A stretch of DNA of 64,000 bases from Gemmatimonadota bacterium (GTDB lineage Bacteria > JAAXHH01). The notes under the pieces were generated by a model. The model made no database searches and was not told the origin of the DNA. It saw only the letters and a list, made by a program, of their open reading frames with translations. Below, piece after piece: positions 17,873-27,431 of this stretch. Both the position numbers and the translations under genes were made by a program. Location of the stretch: assembly GCA_009838645.1 (NCBI GenBank), contig VXRC01000005.1, positions 26,858-90,857 of the forward strand, read 5' to 3'. How positions within the stretch are numbered: the first letter of the stretch is position 1; each line of letters opens with the position of its first letter.

Positions 17873-17885
17873 TACCGGAGATATC

Positions 17886-18179
17886 ATGAAAAGCGCACTG
17901 GAAATCGCCATGGAGAAGACCGCCGGCGCACAGCAGGGCGGCAAGCTGACGGACGAGCAGCGTAAGGGGATCGCCGACCTGGAGAAGGAATACCAGGCCA
18001 AGATCGCGGAACAGGAGATCATGATCGAATCGAAAATCAAGGCGCTGGCGGTCCAGGCGCAGGGCCACGAGTTTCAGCAGCAGGTACACGCCCTGCGGGA
18101 ACAACTCGTCCAGGAGCGGGAACGTCTTGAAGCGGAGAAGAATGCGAAAATACAGGCGGTCCGTGACCCATCCGCTTAG
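17886..18179 (+). CDS. Hypothetical small coiled-coil protein (97 aa)
   Basis: A heptad-like, charged EQ/K-rich sequence with a GGAG-like RBS. I recognise no family. Confidence 0.35.
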   Translation: MKSALEIAMEKTAGAQQGGKLTDEQRKGIADLEKEYQAKIAEQEIMIESKIKALAVQAQGHEFQQQVHALREQLVQERERLEAEKNAKIQAVRDPSA

Positions 18180-18259
18180 CGGTACCAAGCTCCCCTTAGC
18201 GATTCCAATCCAGGATCGGATGATTCCACGCGCTCAACTCGGATACAGGAGATCATGAC

Positions 18260-19243
18260 ATGGCAAAGAAGCGTCTGCGCGTCGCCCTGATCGGCTGCGG
18301 AGGCAACATGCGGGGCGCCCACGTGCCGCGCATCCAGGCCGACGGGGCGGTCGAAATCGCGGCGGTTGCGGATACCTCGGAAGAAGCCGCCCAGGCGTTG
18401 ATGGACCGATGGGGCCGCCCGGTGCCCTGCTACGACGACTACCGGGACATGATAGAGGGACACCGGCTCGACGCGGTCATGGTGAGTTCTCCCCACGCCC
18501 TGCACTACGAGCAGGTGGATTACGCCCTGGATCAAGGTCTGCACGCGCTCGTCGAAAAGCCGCTCACCATCTCGTCCAGCCATACGCGCTCACTGATCGG
18601 GAAGGCGGAAGAAAAAAGCCGGATCCTGCTGGTGAGCTACCAGCGCAATTTCATGGCGCCTCATGTCTTTGCCCGGGAGCTGATTCGGAAGGGCGCCATC
18701 GGCGAGCTGCGCGGCGTCGTGGCCTACGTTACGCAGAACTGGGGCGGCACGCGCGGGTGGCGGCTCGATCCGGTCCTTTCGGGCGGCGGCATGTTTCTCG
18801 ACACGGGCAGTCACCTGGTGGCTTCCACGCTGTGGATCACGGATCTCAAGCCCCTCGAGGTGAGCGCTTTCCTGGACAAAGCCGGGAGGGACGTGGATAT
18901 CAACATGGTGGTGGCGGTGCGGTTCAGGGACGGCGCGTACGGCACGCTGAATACCTTCGGAAACGCTTCCCGGCACGACGAACGCATCGCGATCCACGGC
19001 AGCGAAGGAAGCCTGGTCTTCCACCTGCACCAGTGGCAGGTCAAGTCGGTCCTGCTGAACGACGAGCCGCTGAAGATCCCGGCGAGAATCCGGGAGGACA
19101 CGCCGGACGCCGCGTTCTTCCGCATGATCCGCACCGGCGGGAAGGGGTACGAGCCTCCTCACTTCGCCCTGGCCGTTTCCCAGGTCAGCGAGGCGGCATA
19201 CCGGTCGGTGGAAGCAGGAAAACCGGTTCAGGTCGCCGGGTAG
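18260..19243 (+). CDS. Gfo/Idh/MocA family NAD(P)-dependent oxidoreductase
   Basis: An N-terminal Rossmann fold LRVALIGCGGNMRGAH and the EKPL motif over 327 aa. Confidence 0.8.
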   Translation: MAKKRLRVALIGCGGNMRGAHVPRIQADGAVEIAAVADTSEEAAQALMDRWGRPVPCYDDYRDMIEGHRLDAVMVSSPHALHYEQVDYALDQGLHALVEKPLTISSSHTRSLIGKAEEKSRILLVSYQRNFMAPHVFARELIRKGAIGELRGVVAYVTQNWGGTRGWRLDPVLSGGGMFLDTGSHLVASTLWITDLKPLEVSAFLDKAGRDVDINMVVAVRFRDGAYGTLNTFGNASRHDERIAIHGSEGSLVFHLHQWQVKSVLLNDEPLKIPARIREDTPDAAFFRMIRTGGKGYEPPHFALAVSQVSEAAYRSVEAGKPVQVAG

Positions 19244-19267
19244 CCCGGGCGCGCCCGGGCTACCCGG
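19236..19267. other. A 32-nt perfect GC-rich palindrome CCGGGTAGCCCGGGCGCGCCCGGGCTACCCGG overlapping the stop codon of the oxidoreductase gene
   Basis: Reverse-complement identity was checked by eye. There is no downstream T-tract, so it does not look like a classical intrinsic terminator. Confidence 0.6.
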
Positions 19268-19320
19268 GCACAGCCGGGCACCGCCGGAACGAGGAGACCA
19301 GGAGATTCAGGAGACCGAAC

Positions 19321-20112
19321 ATGAGTGCGACAGGGCGTCTGGCGGAGAAGCGGGCGGTCGTCACCGGAGCGGGGCGCGGTATCGGCCGGGCCATCGCGCT
19401 GAGACTCGCGCAGGAAGGCGCGCACGTGGCGGCCGTGGACATCGATCGCGAGAGCGCGGAAGCCACGGCGGACCAGATCCGCGACGACGGCGGCATCGCG
19501 GCGGCATTGACCGCCGACCTGGGCCGCGTCGACCGCATCGTCCCCATGATCGACGAAGCCGTTTCCGCACTGGGCAGGCTGGATATCCTGGTCAACAACG
19601 CGGGACGGGTTGAAATCAAGCCCTTCCTCGATCTGACCGAGACGGAATGGGACCAGGTCATCGATCTCAATCTGAAGGGGACGTACTTCTGCATGCAGGC
19701 GGGGGCCCGACAGATGATCCGTCAGGGTGACGGTGGCCGCATCATCAACATGTCCTCCATCTCGGGCAGACACGGCCGGGCCGATTCGAGCGCATACGCC
19801 GCCAGCAAGATGGCCGTCATCAGCATCACGCAGTCCGCGGCCCTGGCGCTGGCGGATCACGGGATCCTGGTCAACGCGCTGTGCCCGGGCGTCGTGGCCA
19901 CACCCATGTGGGACCACATCGACGAGGACCGCGCCCGCCTGTTCGGATACGAGCCGGGAACGGCCCGCGCACGGTTAGTGGAGAAAATACCCCTCAAGAG
20001 GGTCTCCGAGCCGGAGGAGATCGCCGCCGCGGCGGTCTTCGTCGCATCCGATGAAAACACGCTGATCACCGGCCAGGCGATCAATGTCGACGGCGGCATG
20101 GAAATGAACTGA
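19321..20112 (+). CDS. SDR family oxidoreductase (FabG/glucose-1-dehydrogenase-like)
   Basis: The translation carries TGAGRGIGRA, NNAG and YAASK motifs over 263 aa. It was trimmed from a merged 567-aa ORF to the ATG at 19321. Confidence 0.85.
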   Translation: MSATGRLAEKRAVVTGAGRGIGRAIALRLAQEGAHVAAVDIDRESAEATADQIRDDGGIAAALTADLGRVDRIVPMIDEAVSALGRLDILVNNAGRVEIKPFLDLTETEWDQVIDLNLKGTYFCMQAGARQMIRQGDGGRIINMSSISGRHGRADSSAYAASKMAVISITQSAALALADHGILVNALCPGVVATPMWDHIDEDRARLFGYEPGTARARLVEKIPLKRVSEPEEIAAAAVFVASDENTLITGQAINVDGGMEMN

Positions 20113-20165
20113 AACCGGGGACGGCGCCTGCGGGACGACAGCGAAGCGGCCGTTCGGGTTTGATC

Positions 20166-20194
20166 TTGACAGTGCGCAACGCCCGCCGTATACT
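20166..20194 (+). promoter_or_regulatory. Sigma70-like promoter (TTGACA, 17-nt spacer, TATACT) upstream of kptA
   Basis: The hexamers were read directly. Confidence 0.4.
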
Positions 20195-20328
20195 CGGTAG
20201 GTTCCTTTTCACAACCATTTCTGGTACATCGCATCGGCCGGCATGGCCTGCACAGTCTGCATAGCCTGCACAGCCATCGTGGCCGCCATAGCCCGCTCAG
20301 GCAAGACTCCATCAGAAAGACACCATCA

Positions 20329-20931
20329 ATGGATCCACGAAGACGCGAAAGACTCTCCAAGCTCCTCTCCCTGATTCTCCGCCATAAACCCGAAAGATTC
20401 GACATATCGCTCGACGAAAGGGGATACGCTTCGATCGACGAGATCGTCGAGGCCATCCAGGAGAAGTTCGATCTGCTGACGAGGGATGAAATCCTCGAGA
20501 TCGCCGACGGCGCCGAGAAGAGAAGATTCGAGGTGGAAGAGGACCGCATCCGGGCGCGCTACGGACACAGTTTTCCCATCGACCTGGGGCTGCCTCCCGC
20601 GGATCCGCCCGAGTACCTTTATTACGCGACCGTACCCGCGCGGGCCTCGGTCATCACCAATGGCGGCCTGTCGCCCAGCGACCGCCAGTACGTCCACCTT
20701 TCCCTTTCCGAAGATATCGCCACACAGGTAGCCAGGAACCAGACGGATACGCCGGTCGTTTTCCGCATCAACGCGCGGCAGGCCACCGAAGCCGGCGTGA
20801 ACTTCTACGACCGCTCTCCGGTCATCCTGACCACTGGCGTGCCCTCCGAGTTCATCGATGTGCTGCAGGAGGCCCCGCCGCCTCCCGCCGAGTTCGGCCG
20901 CCGGAAGCGGAAGGCCCCACCGCGCAGATAA
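20329..20931 (+). CDS. kptA: RNA 2'-phosphotransferase (Tpt1/KptA family)
   Basis: The translation contains SKLLSLILRH and RYGHS motifs over 200 aa, with a basic C-terminal tail. Confidence 0.8.
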   Translation: MDPRRRERLSKLLSLILRHKPERFDISLDERGYASIDEIVEAIQEKFDLLTRDEILEIADGAEKRRFEVEEDRIRARYGHSFPIDLGLPPADPPEYLYYATVPARASVITNGGLSPSDRQYVHLSLSEDIATQVARNQTDTPVVFRINARQATEAGVNFYDRSPVILTTGVPSEFIDVLQEAPPPPAEFGRRKRKAPPRR

Positions 20932-20932
20932 C

Positions 20933-22048
20933 ATGCGCCGCCTCGTCCTCCCTCTCCTCGGCCTGTTGCTCGCCGTCTGCCTGCTGTTGTTCGACCTGAC
21001 CATCCTGTGGTCGGGGCGCACCGCCATACGCCCCGTGATGCAGAAGGGCGTCGCCCTGGGAGTTTTCAAGGCCTCGGAGGGGATGTCCTATTACCGGTCC
21101 TCCCTGGAAGACATCGCGGCCCTGGGCGCTTCCCACCTTTCCGTTCCCGTTTTCATCCTGCAGGATTCCGTGGATTCCGTCACCCATTTCACCCGCCCGT
21201 CGGACGGCGCCACTGGGGAACAGCACGAACGCGTGATCCGGGAAGTCATCGACTTCGCCCACCGGATGGGGTTGAAGGTCATGCTGACGCCCATCGTTAA
21301 CCTGGACCGACCCGGCAAGAACGAATGGCGCGGCACCATATCCCCGCACGACTGGGAGGCGTGGTTTGAAAGTTACCGCGGCATGGTCCGTCATTACGCC
21401 CGGCTGGCCACGGAAATGGACGTGGAGTATCTGAGCGTGGGTACCGAGCTCGTTTCGGCCGAAAGGTTCACCGGGCAATGGAGGGAGACCATCGCCGATG
21501 TGCGCGGGATCTTCCCCGGTCAACTCACGTATTCCGCGAATTGGGACCGGTACGACCGGGTCGCGTTCTGGGACGACCTCGACTTCGCGGGGATATCGGC
21601 TTACTACGAACTGTCGGACTACGAGGATCCCACCGTGGAACAACTGGTCGCCGCCTGGCGTCCGGTCAAGGAGGGTTTGCTGAGCTGGCAGGCCCGGTGG
21701 AACAAACCCCTGTTGTTCACCGAGATCGGTTACATGAGCCAGTCCGGTGTCGCCTCCCATCCCTGGAATTACGTCTCGGAGAAGCCCCTCGACCTGGAGG
21801 CGCAGCGGCGTTGTTACGAGGCCCTGCGGCTGGCCTGGGAAGGGGAAGAGCGATTTGCCGGCCTGTACCTATGGATCTGGGAACCGGAAAAGCGGGGTGG
21901 GCAAGACCGGGGGTACAATTTCGCGGGCAAGCCCGCGGAAGCGGTCGTTCGCGACTGGTACCACAGCGTGCCGGATAACGCCAACGTCCTCGACTACGCC
22001 GTCAACGGCATGGAGCGGTTTCTGCGGTCCCTGAGGCAGGGGCTGTAA
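20933..22048 (+). CDS. Membrane-anchored glycoside hydrolase with a GH5-like TIM-barrel (GH113/GH26-like beta-mannanase fold)
   Basis: An N-terminal TM/signal segment LLGLLLAVCLLLF is present. Both the VGTE/FTEIGY catalytic-pair context and a WxxW region are found. The ATG overlaps the kptA stop. Confidence 0.5.
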   Translation: MRRLVLPLLGLLLAVCLLLFDLTILWSGRTAIRPVMQKGVALGVFKASEGMSYYRSSLEDIAALGASHLSVPVFILQDSVDSVTHFTRPSDGATGEQHERVIREVIDFAHRMGLKVMLTPIVNLDRPGKNEWRGTISPHDWEAWFESYRGMVRHYARLATEMDVEYLSVGTELVSAERFTGQWRETIADVRGIFPGQLTYSANWDRYDRVAFWDDLDFAGISAYYELSDYEDPTVEQLVAAWRPVKEGLLSWQARWNKPLLFTEIGYMSQSGVASHPWNYVSEKPLDLEAQRRCYEALRLAWEGEERFAGLYLWIWEPEKRGGQDRGYNFAGKPAEAVVRDWYHSVPDNANVLDYAVNGMERFLRSLRQGL

Positions 22049-22176
22049 GGACACTTGCGCTACGATCTGTAGCGGCGGGTCGGCCTGGCGTGCCGTCCCG
22101 CGACTCGCGCTCCGTCATGCACTCCGCGTATGATGGGGATGTTGCACGGCGCCGACCCGGAGTGCCGGTCCGGCCG

Positions 22177-23184
22177 CTAGGGAACGCCGGATGGATCTGC
22201 GGTCCTGCGCAATTTCATCAGTTCGTCGCGGCTTCCCATGACGATCAGGATGTCTCCGGATTCCAGCTTCCGGTCGCTTCCCGGGTTGAAGACGACGTTT
22301 CCGCCGGACCCCTGGACGGCGATAACGATCACGTCATGGGACGAACCGATGACGCCGCCCCCTACGGATGATCCCGTGAGCCCCGATCCCGGCCCGACCT
22401 CGATCTGGTCGAGTTCCAGGTCGAGCTTGTCCGCCATGGACGCCAGCTCCATGAAGTCGGCCACGGCCGGCTTGAGCAGCATCTGCGCCATCTGCCGGGA
22501 ACCCGTGATGACCGGAGAGACCACCTTGTCCGCCCCGGCGCGGGTCAGCCTGGGGATAACGGACTCCTCGTTGGCCCGGGCCACGATGTGGATATCCGGG
22601 TTCAGGTCCCGCGCCGTCAGGGTAATGTACAGGTTCTCCGGATCGGACGACACGGCGCATACGATGCCCCTCGCCCGTTCGATACCCGCCGACTTCAACA
22701 CATCCTCTTTCGTGGCGTCGCCCTCCAGCACGCGGTAACCGTCCGAATCGAAGGGCTCTGCACCGTCTTTGGTCTCGATGAGCACGCAGTCCAGGCCACG
22801 GGTGGTTATTTCCTGTCCGATTCTCCTGCCGACGCGGCCCGCGCCGCAGACGATATAATGGTCTTTCAGTTCCTGGATTTCATTCATGAGACGCCTCTTC
22901 CCCAGTGAGGAGACGATTTCGAGCGATACGACCGACTGTACGGCGACGGAAAGCGCGTAACCCAGCGTCCCGACGCCCACGACGATCAGGAGCGTGCCGA
23001 AGTAGCGGCCGTTTTCGGTGAGGTCGGCCGGTTCGGTATACCCGATGGTCGTGATAGTGATCAAGGTGAAGTAGAAGCTTTCGAACCAGGTCCACTCCGT
23101 CAGCAGCTTGAATCCCAGGGTACCGAATCCCAGGATGACCACGATGGCGAGGGAGGCCCCTATGAGTTTGTGCTTGGGATTCAT
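22177..23184 (-). CDS. Potassium channel family protein (two-TM pore domain with TrkA-N and TrkA-C RCK domains)
   Basis: A pore helix plus filter TTIGYTE, a Rossmann motif IVCGAGRVGRR and a TrkA-C domain over 335 aa. Confidence 0.75.
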   Translation of the reverse strand: MNPKHKLIGASLAIVVILGFGTLGFKLLTEWTWFESFYFTLITITTIGYTEPADLTENGRYFGTLLIVVGVGTLGYALSVAVQSVVSLEIVSSLGKRRLMNEIQELKDHYIVCGAGRVGRRIGQEITTRGLDCVLIETKDGAEPFDSDGYRVLEGDATKEDVLKSAGIERARGIVCAVSSDPENLYITLTARDLNPDIHIVARANEESVIPRLTRAGADKVVSPVITGSRQMAQMLLKPAVADFMELASMADKLDLELDQIEVGPGSGLTGSSVGGGVIGSSHDVIVIAVQGSGGNVVFNPGSDRKLESGDILIVMGSRDELMKLRRTADPSGVP

Positions 23185-23245
23185 GTATCCGGACCGCCTG
23201 GACCGACTGCCTGGACCGACTGCCTGGACCGCGTGGACCGTCTAG
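23185..23245. repeat. Tandem array of a 13-bp unit GCCTGGACCGACT (about 3 copies) immediately upstream of the K+ channel start
   Basis: Units were read at 23196, 23209 and 23222. Confidence 0.75.
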
Positions 23246-23297
23246 ACGGACGCCGGTGCCGCGTGGCCGACGCTGCCTGGTGCAGTCTCGATGCCGT

Positions 23298-25226
23298 TCA
23301 ACCGGACGCCGGCGCTGCGTGACCCCCGTAACCGAGGGTTTCCACGTCCTGGTGCAGGCGTTCCAGCACCCGGGACCTGACCTCTTCGAAGAGCTCCCGG
23401 GTCAGGAAATGCACGGCGGGCAGGTCGCCCTTGGACTGACCGACGAAGACGTCGGCCGGCATGTCGTATTCGTCCGGAGTGATCCCCTGTTTCTGTTCGA
23501 GGGCGAAACCCAGGATGTGGGCCCGGTAGGTGGCGTCCAGCACCCGATCGGACGAGAAAGGCACCCCGAAAACGGACTCTATGCCTTCGCTGACCTGGTC
23601 CGGCGGGGCCATGGTGAACAGGCAGCCCCCGTGCAGGTCCTTGTTCACCATTTTCCAGCCTTCCTCGGTGATGTTATGGACCCAGTAATCGGCGGAATCG
23701 GGCTTGCAGTCCGGGTCCATAACGTACAGCAGGAAGGTGCGCATGGACATGTGGCCGCCGGCTACGGCGAAGGGATAGCCCGGGTTGGTCTGTCCCAGGT
23801 AGGCGGAGAACTCGACCCCCTTGGCATGCATGGCGAAAGCCTTTCCTCCGATCTCTTCGGCGATCGCCTGGACGCCCTTGCCGAAGAGGGGTTCGCGTCC
23901 GTAGGCGATATCCTCCTTGAGCCGGCGGGTGCCTTCCGCGTCCCCGAAAGTGACGCCGCCCGCGACGGTACCGTTGCCCCGGGCATTGTAATCCATCAGG
24001 AAGGAGATCACGACGTTGGCCGAAATGGTATCGAACCCCAGGTCGTCGTCCAGCCGGGCGAGCTCCAGGTTATCGTGGGGATCCAGGATGCCCAGGTTGG
24101 CGCCGGACAGTTCCATGGGTTCGAACTCGAACCGGCCGAGGTATTCTCCATGGTTCCTCCGGGCCTTGCGCCAGTCCGGATCCTTGCCACCTTCCGGGAC
24201 GTCGTAGAAGTCCTGGTGGCAGGTAATCTGGCAGCCGTAGCAGCTTTTGTCGATGACGATGAAATCTTTCGATTCCCGCATGGTCTCCAGGTGTACCGGG
24301 ACGGCCACGTTCTCGCCGGGCGGCTCGAAGTTCCTGTAGGGCAGCACCCCGAATCCGTCGAGTATCTTGCTGTTCTTGCCCGTGCCGCCCAGTCCGTTCC
24401 GGTTGTGCGGATGGCGGTATCCCCGGCTCTGCTCGCCCCGTCCGATCTCGTTGTTGATGACCTTGAGTCGGTCGTCGCCCTTGCGGTAATAGTCGTTCTC
24501 CGCCCGGGCTACGATGCCGAGGATGTTCTTGGAACCGAGTACGGATCCCATGCCGAGTCGGCCTGCGAAACGCCACTTGTCTTCCCCGCTCATCAACTGT
24601 TCCTGGGTCGAGCCCACCACGGCGGCGTACCAGACCGTTTCCCAGTGCTCGCCGGCCGGTCCGAGGACGGCGAAATGGGCGTGGTAGTTCTTGTCGCCAT
24701 CGTTGTAGCGTTCGTCCAGGTAGACCATCTTTTCCCGGACCCGCGCGCCGATCAGGTAATCCGGGGCTTCGACCAGGGAAAGATCGGGGCCGTCGTCTGT
24801 CTGCCTGATCACCAGGAAGCTGGGAACGGCGGCGCGGCCGGTGAGGATCAGGTCGCCGATGCCGGTGTAGGAGAACTTGCGGCCGAAACTCCCGCTCATG
24901 GCCGACCATACGGGCATGGGCATACCGGCCCGGGTGCGCTTCAGGGGAGAATAGCCGGAAAAATACGCCCGCAGACCGGTCATAAACTGCGTGCCGGTGA
25001 AGCAGCCGGTATTGATGACCAGCGGGACGTCCGGCGCAAAGGGATCGCTTACGTCGTAACCCGAAAGGATCTTGAAGGACCGGCCGATGCCGCCCAGGAA
25101 ATCCATGTCGTCCTGGACGCGGTGGTCCTCGACGCTGACTTTGCGGCCTTCGGCCAGGTCGTATTCGATACGGGTATAGCAATAATCGGTCACGTCTCCC
25201 GGCGTGCCGTTTACGGGTTTCAGCAC
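23298..25226 (-). CDS. Aldehyde:ferredoxin oxidoreductase (AOR) family tungsten/molybdopterin enzyme
   Basis: A 642-aa protein with the AOR N-domain and the CYGCQITC [4Fe-4S] ligand motif. Overall length and order match AOR domains 1-3. Confidence 0.85.
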   Translation of the reverse strand: MLKPVNGTPGDVTDYCYTRIEYDLAEGRKVSVEDHRVQDDMDFLGGIGRSFKILSGYDVSDPFAPDVPLVINTGCFTGTQFMTGLRAYFSGYSPLKRTRAGMPMPVWSAMSGSFGRKFSYTGIGDLILTGRAAVPSFLVIRQTDDGPDLSLVEAPDYLIGARVREKMVYLDERYNDGDKNYHAHFAVLGPAGEHWETVWYAAVVGSTQEQLMSGEDKWRFAGRLGMGSVLGSKNILGIVARAENDYYRKGDDRLKVINNEIGRGEQSRGYRHPHNRNGLGGTGKNSKILDGFGVLPYRNFEPPGENVAVPVHLETMRESKDFIVIDKSCYGCQITCHQDFYDVPEGGKDPDWRKARRNHGEYLGRFEFEPMELSGANLGILDPHDNLELARLDDDLGFDTISANVVISFLMDYNARGNGTVAGGVTFGDAEGTRRLKEDIAYGREPLFGKGVQAIAEEIGGKAFAMHAKGVEFSAYLGQTNPGYPFAVAGGHMSMRTFLLYVMDPDCKPDSADYWVHNITEEGWKMVNKDLHGGCLFTMAPPDQVSEGIESVFGVPFSSDRVLDATYRAHILGFALEQKQGITPDEYDMPADVFVGQSKGDLPAVHFLTRELFEEVRSRVLERLHQDVETLGYGGHAAPASG

Positions 25227-25444
25227 GATATCCCCCTCGCTGTTGGACTCGAATCGTATGTCATCTGAATCGGTTTGGATTTCAAACGGGACCGCGACGG
25301 ATTACCCCGCGGCTTCGTTCGAACGGGACCGCGCAGCATCACCGCGCGGGTACGGTTAATATAAAGGAATGACCGCGCGAAAACAGCAATAATCCCTATG
25401 AGGTGTAATGAGCGGTGAAATTACCCCTGCCGGGCAATGGTCTG

Positions 25445-25474
25445 TTGACAAAACCCCTGCGATTCATTTAGAAT
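25445..25474 (+). promoter_or_regulatory. Sigma70-like promoter (TTGACA, 18-nt spacer, TAGAAT) upstream of a PhyH gene
   Basis: The hexamers were read directly. Confidence 0.35.
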
Positions 25475-25524
25475 AACGCCGGGAACGACTCCGTTCCGCG
25501 CTCGAATCTTCCGTCCTGAACCGT

Positions 25525-26472
25525 ATGTCGCCGAGGCCAGCCATGACCATGACCGACCTTTCCCAGCAGACCGAACCCGCGATCGAAGTCCCACGAATCG
25601 TCGACGATGAGCAGATCCAGTTCTACGTGGACAACGGCTATCTCGTCGTTCCCGACCTGATGACCACCGGGGAACTCCAGGAATTGAAGGACGACCTGGT
25701 GGACGTGGCGCGGGGCAAGTATCCCTGCCGGGGACTCGAACCGCCGAAGCCCGAAGACACCGACGACGACGTGCTGCAGCGCATCCTGTGCATACACCAG
25801 CCTCACTTCGTCAGCGAGGTGATCGAGAAGTACGTGCGCCATCCAAAGATCTGCGGCGTGCTGAGCCAGATTACCGCGGCCCACCTGCCCTACTGGGACG
25901 GGAGCGTCAAGTGCATGCAGTCCATGTACTTCATCAAGCCACCCCGGTTCCAGGGCCAGGCCTGGCACCAGGACGAGATCTTCATCCCCACGCGGGACCG
26001 GTCCCTGATCGGCGCCTGGATCGCCGTGGACGACGCGACGATCGAGAACGGTTGCCTGTACGTTGTACCCGGTTCCCACCGCAACGGCTACCTGTATCCC
26101 CAGCGTGCGCATGAGAACCCTGACGAGTTCGACTTTGCCCCCGAGAGTTACGGCTTCGACGAATCCGTGGAAGTACCGGTCGAAGTCCGCGCCGGCGCCC
26201 TGGTGTTCTTCAACGGCTATCTCCTGCACCGGTCCTACAAGAACCGGAGCGGTCAGACCCGCCGCGTGCTGGTGAACCACTACTGCAACGCGTGGAGCCT
26301 CCTGCCGTGGGGTATCGAAGAGGGCGAGCGCCCCGCCACGGCCGACCGGCGCGTGATCGTTCCGGTTTCCGGTACCGATCCCTACGCCTGGAAGGGCTAC
26401 GAACCCGCGCAGGACAAGATCTGGATTCGAAACTGCAAGGCGGCCGACGAGATGAAGGAGGAGGCGCATTAA
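25525..26472 (+). CDS. Phytanoyl-CoA dioxygenase (PhyH) family Fe(II)/2OG oxygenase
   Basis: The translation carries the WHQDEIF HxD motif and a distal His within a double-stranded beta-helix layout over 315 aa. Confidence 0.75.
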   Translation: MSPRPAMTMTDLSQQTEPAIEVPRIVDDEQIQFYVDNGYLVVPDLMTTGELQELKDDLVDVARGKYPCRGLEPPKPEDTDDDVLQRILCIHQPHFVSEVIEKYVRHPKICGVLSQITAAHLPYWDGSVKCMQSMYFIKPPRFQGQAWHQDEIFIPTRDRSLIGAWIAVDDATIENGCLYVVPGSHRNGYLYPQRAHENPDEFDFAPESYGFDESVEVPVEVRAGALVFFNGYLLHRSYKNRSGQTRRVLVNHYCNAWSLLPWGIEEGERPATADRRVIVPVSGTDPYAWKGYEPAQDKIWIRNCKAADEMKEEAH

Positions 26473-26512
26473 GCGCTGTCTCCTGGACCTCGTCTCCTGG
26501 ACCCCGCAGCAG

Positions 26513-27274
26513 TCACTCCCTGACCGCCGCGAACCCGATGACGGGGGGCGCGGCCATGAATTCGTCCCAGTACTTGTTGTCCCGCTCGCACGGATGCAAC
26601 TGCGGGTCGACCCAGCGAAAACCCTCAAAGCCGGCTTCCTCGAAAACCCGACGATAAGTTCCAGGTAAGAGGTAGTAGTTGTTGAACTCGAACCGCGTGC
26701 CGTCGTCGTTCGTGAACTTGTAGACAATTGGGTCGCCATCGGACGGCGTCGCCCCGGCCGGCGTTCCTTTGTACTCCTTTTCAAATCCGTACCGTGCGTA
26801 GGAGACCGTGCCGCCGGGCACGTTCAGGACATTGTCGTTGAAACCCACGAACCGCCCGCCCGGTTTCAGCGCGCCGTGGGCCGCCTGGACGAAACGAAGG
26901 AGTTCGTCCGGGTCGCGGGCGTAGTTCAGCAGGTACATGGCCACGACGAGATCGACCGGGTCGTCCAGGACCAGGGCCGCCGCGTCCCGGTTCAGGTACC
27001 GGCAACCCGTGGGCCGCGCACGTTCCTCGGCCTCGGCCAGCCGGATCATTTCGGCCGAGACGTCGACGCCGAGCACCTCCCCGGCGCCGGCAAGTTTCAG
27101 CTTGCGCGTGTAGAACCCCTCGCCGCAGGCCAGGTCGAGCGCTTTCTCCCCGCTGATGTCCCCAAGCATTTGGAAAAGCGAGTATTCCTCGATGTACTGA
27201 CGGAAGGACAGTTGCTTGGAGTCTTTGTAGGCCCCGGCAATGGCGTCGTATTCGGATTCGGCTGGTCGCTTCAT
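26513..27274 (-). CDS. Class I SAM-dependent methyltransferase
   Basis: The motif I sequence LDLACGEG is present in a Rossmann-like MTase fold over 253 aa. Confidence 0.8.
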   Translation of the reverse strand: MKRPAESEYDAIAGAYKDSKQLSFRQYIEEYSLFQMLGDISGEKALDLACGEGFYTRKLKLAGAGEVLGVDVSAEMIRLAEAEERARPTGCRYLNRDAAALVLDDPVDLVVAMYLLNYARDPDELLRFVQAAHGALKPGGRFVGFNDNVLNVPGGTVSYARYGFEKEYKGTPAGATPSDGDPIVYKFTNDDGTRFEFNNYYLLPGTYRRVFEEAGFEGFRWVDPQLHPCERDNKYWDEFMAAPPVIGFAAVRE

Positions 27275-27431
27275 ATGGGTTTCCCTTTGCTTTACCTCTC
27301 ACATTATACCTGAACAGAACGGTGATTCAAGTTCCATTGTCCCGTTCGGAAGCGGTTTACACGGTCCGCAGGCCCATGCGCTTCGCCCGCAATTCCGTTG
27401 ACGAAACGGCCTCCTCCGCATAGTTTTCCCA

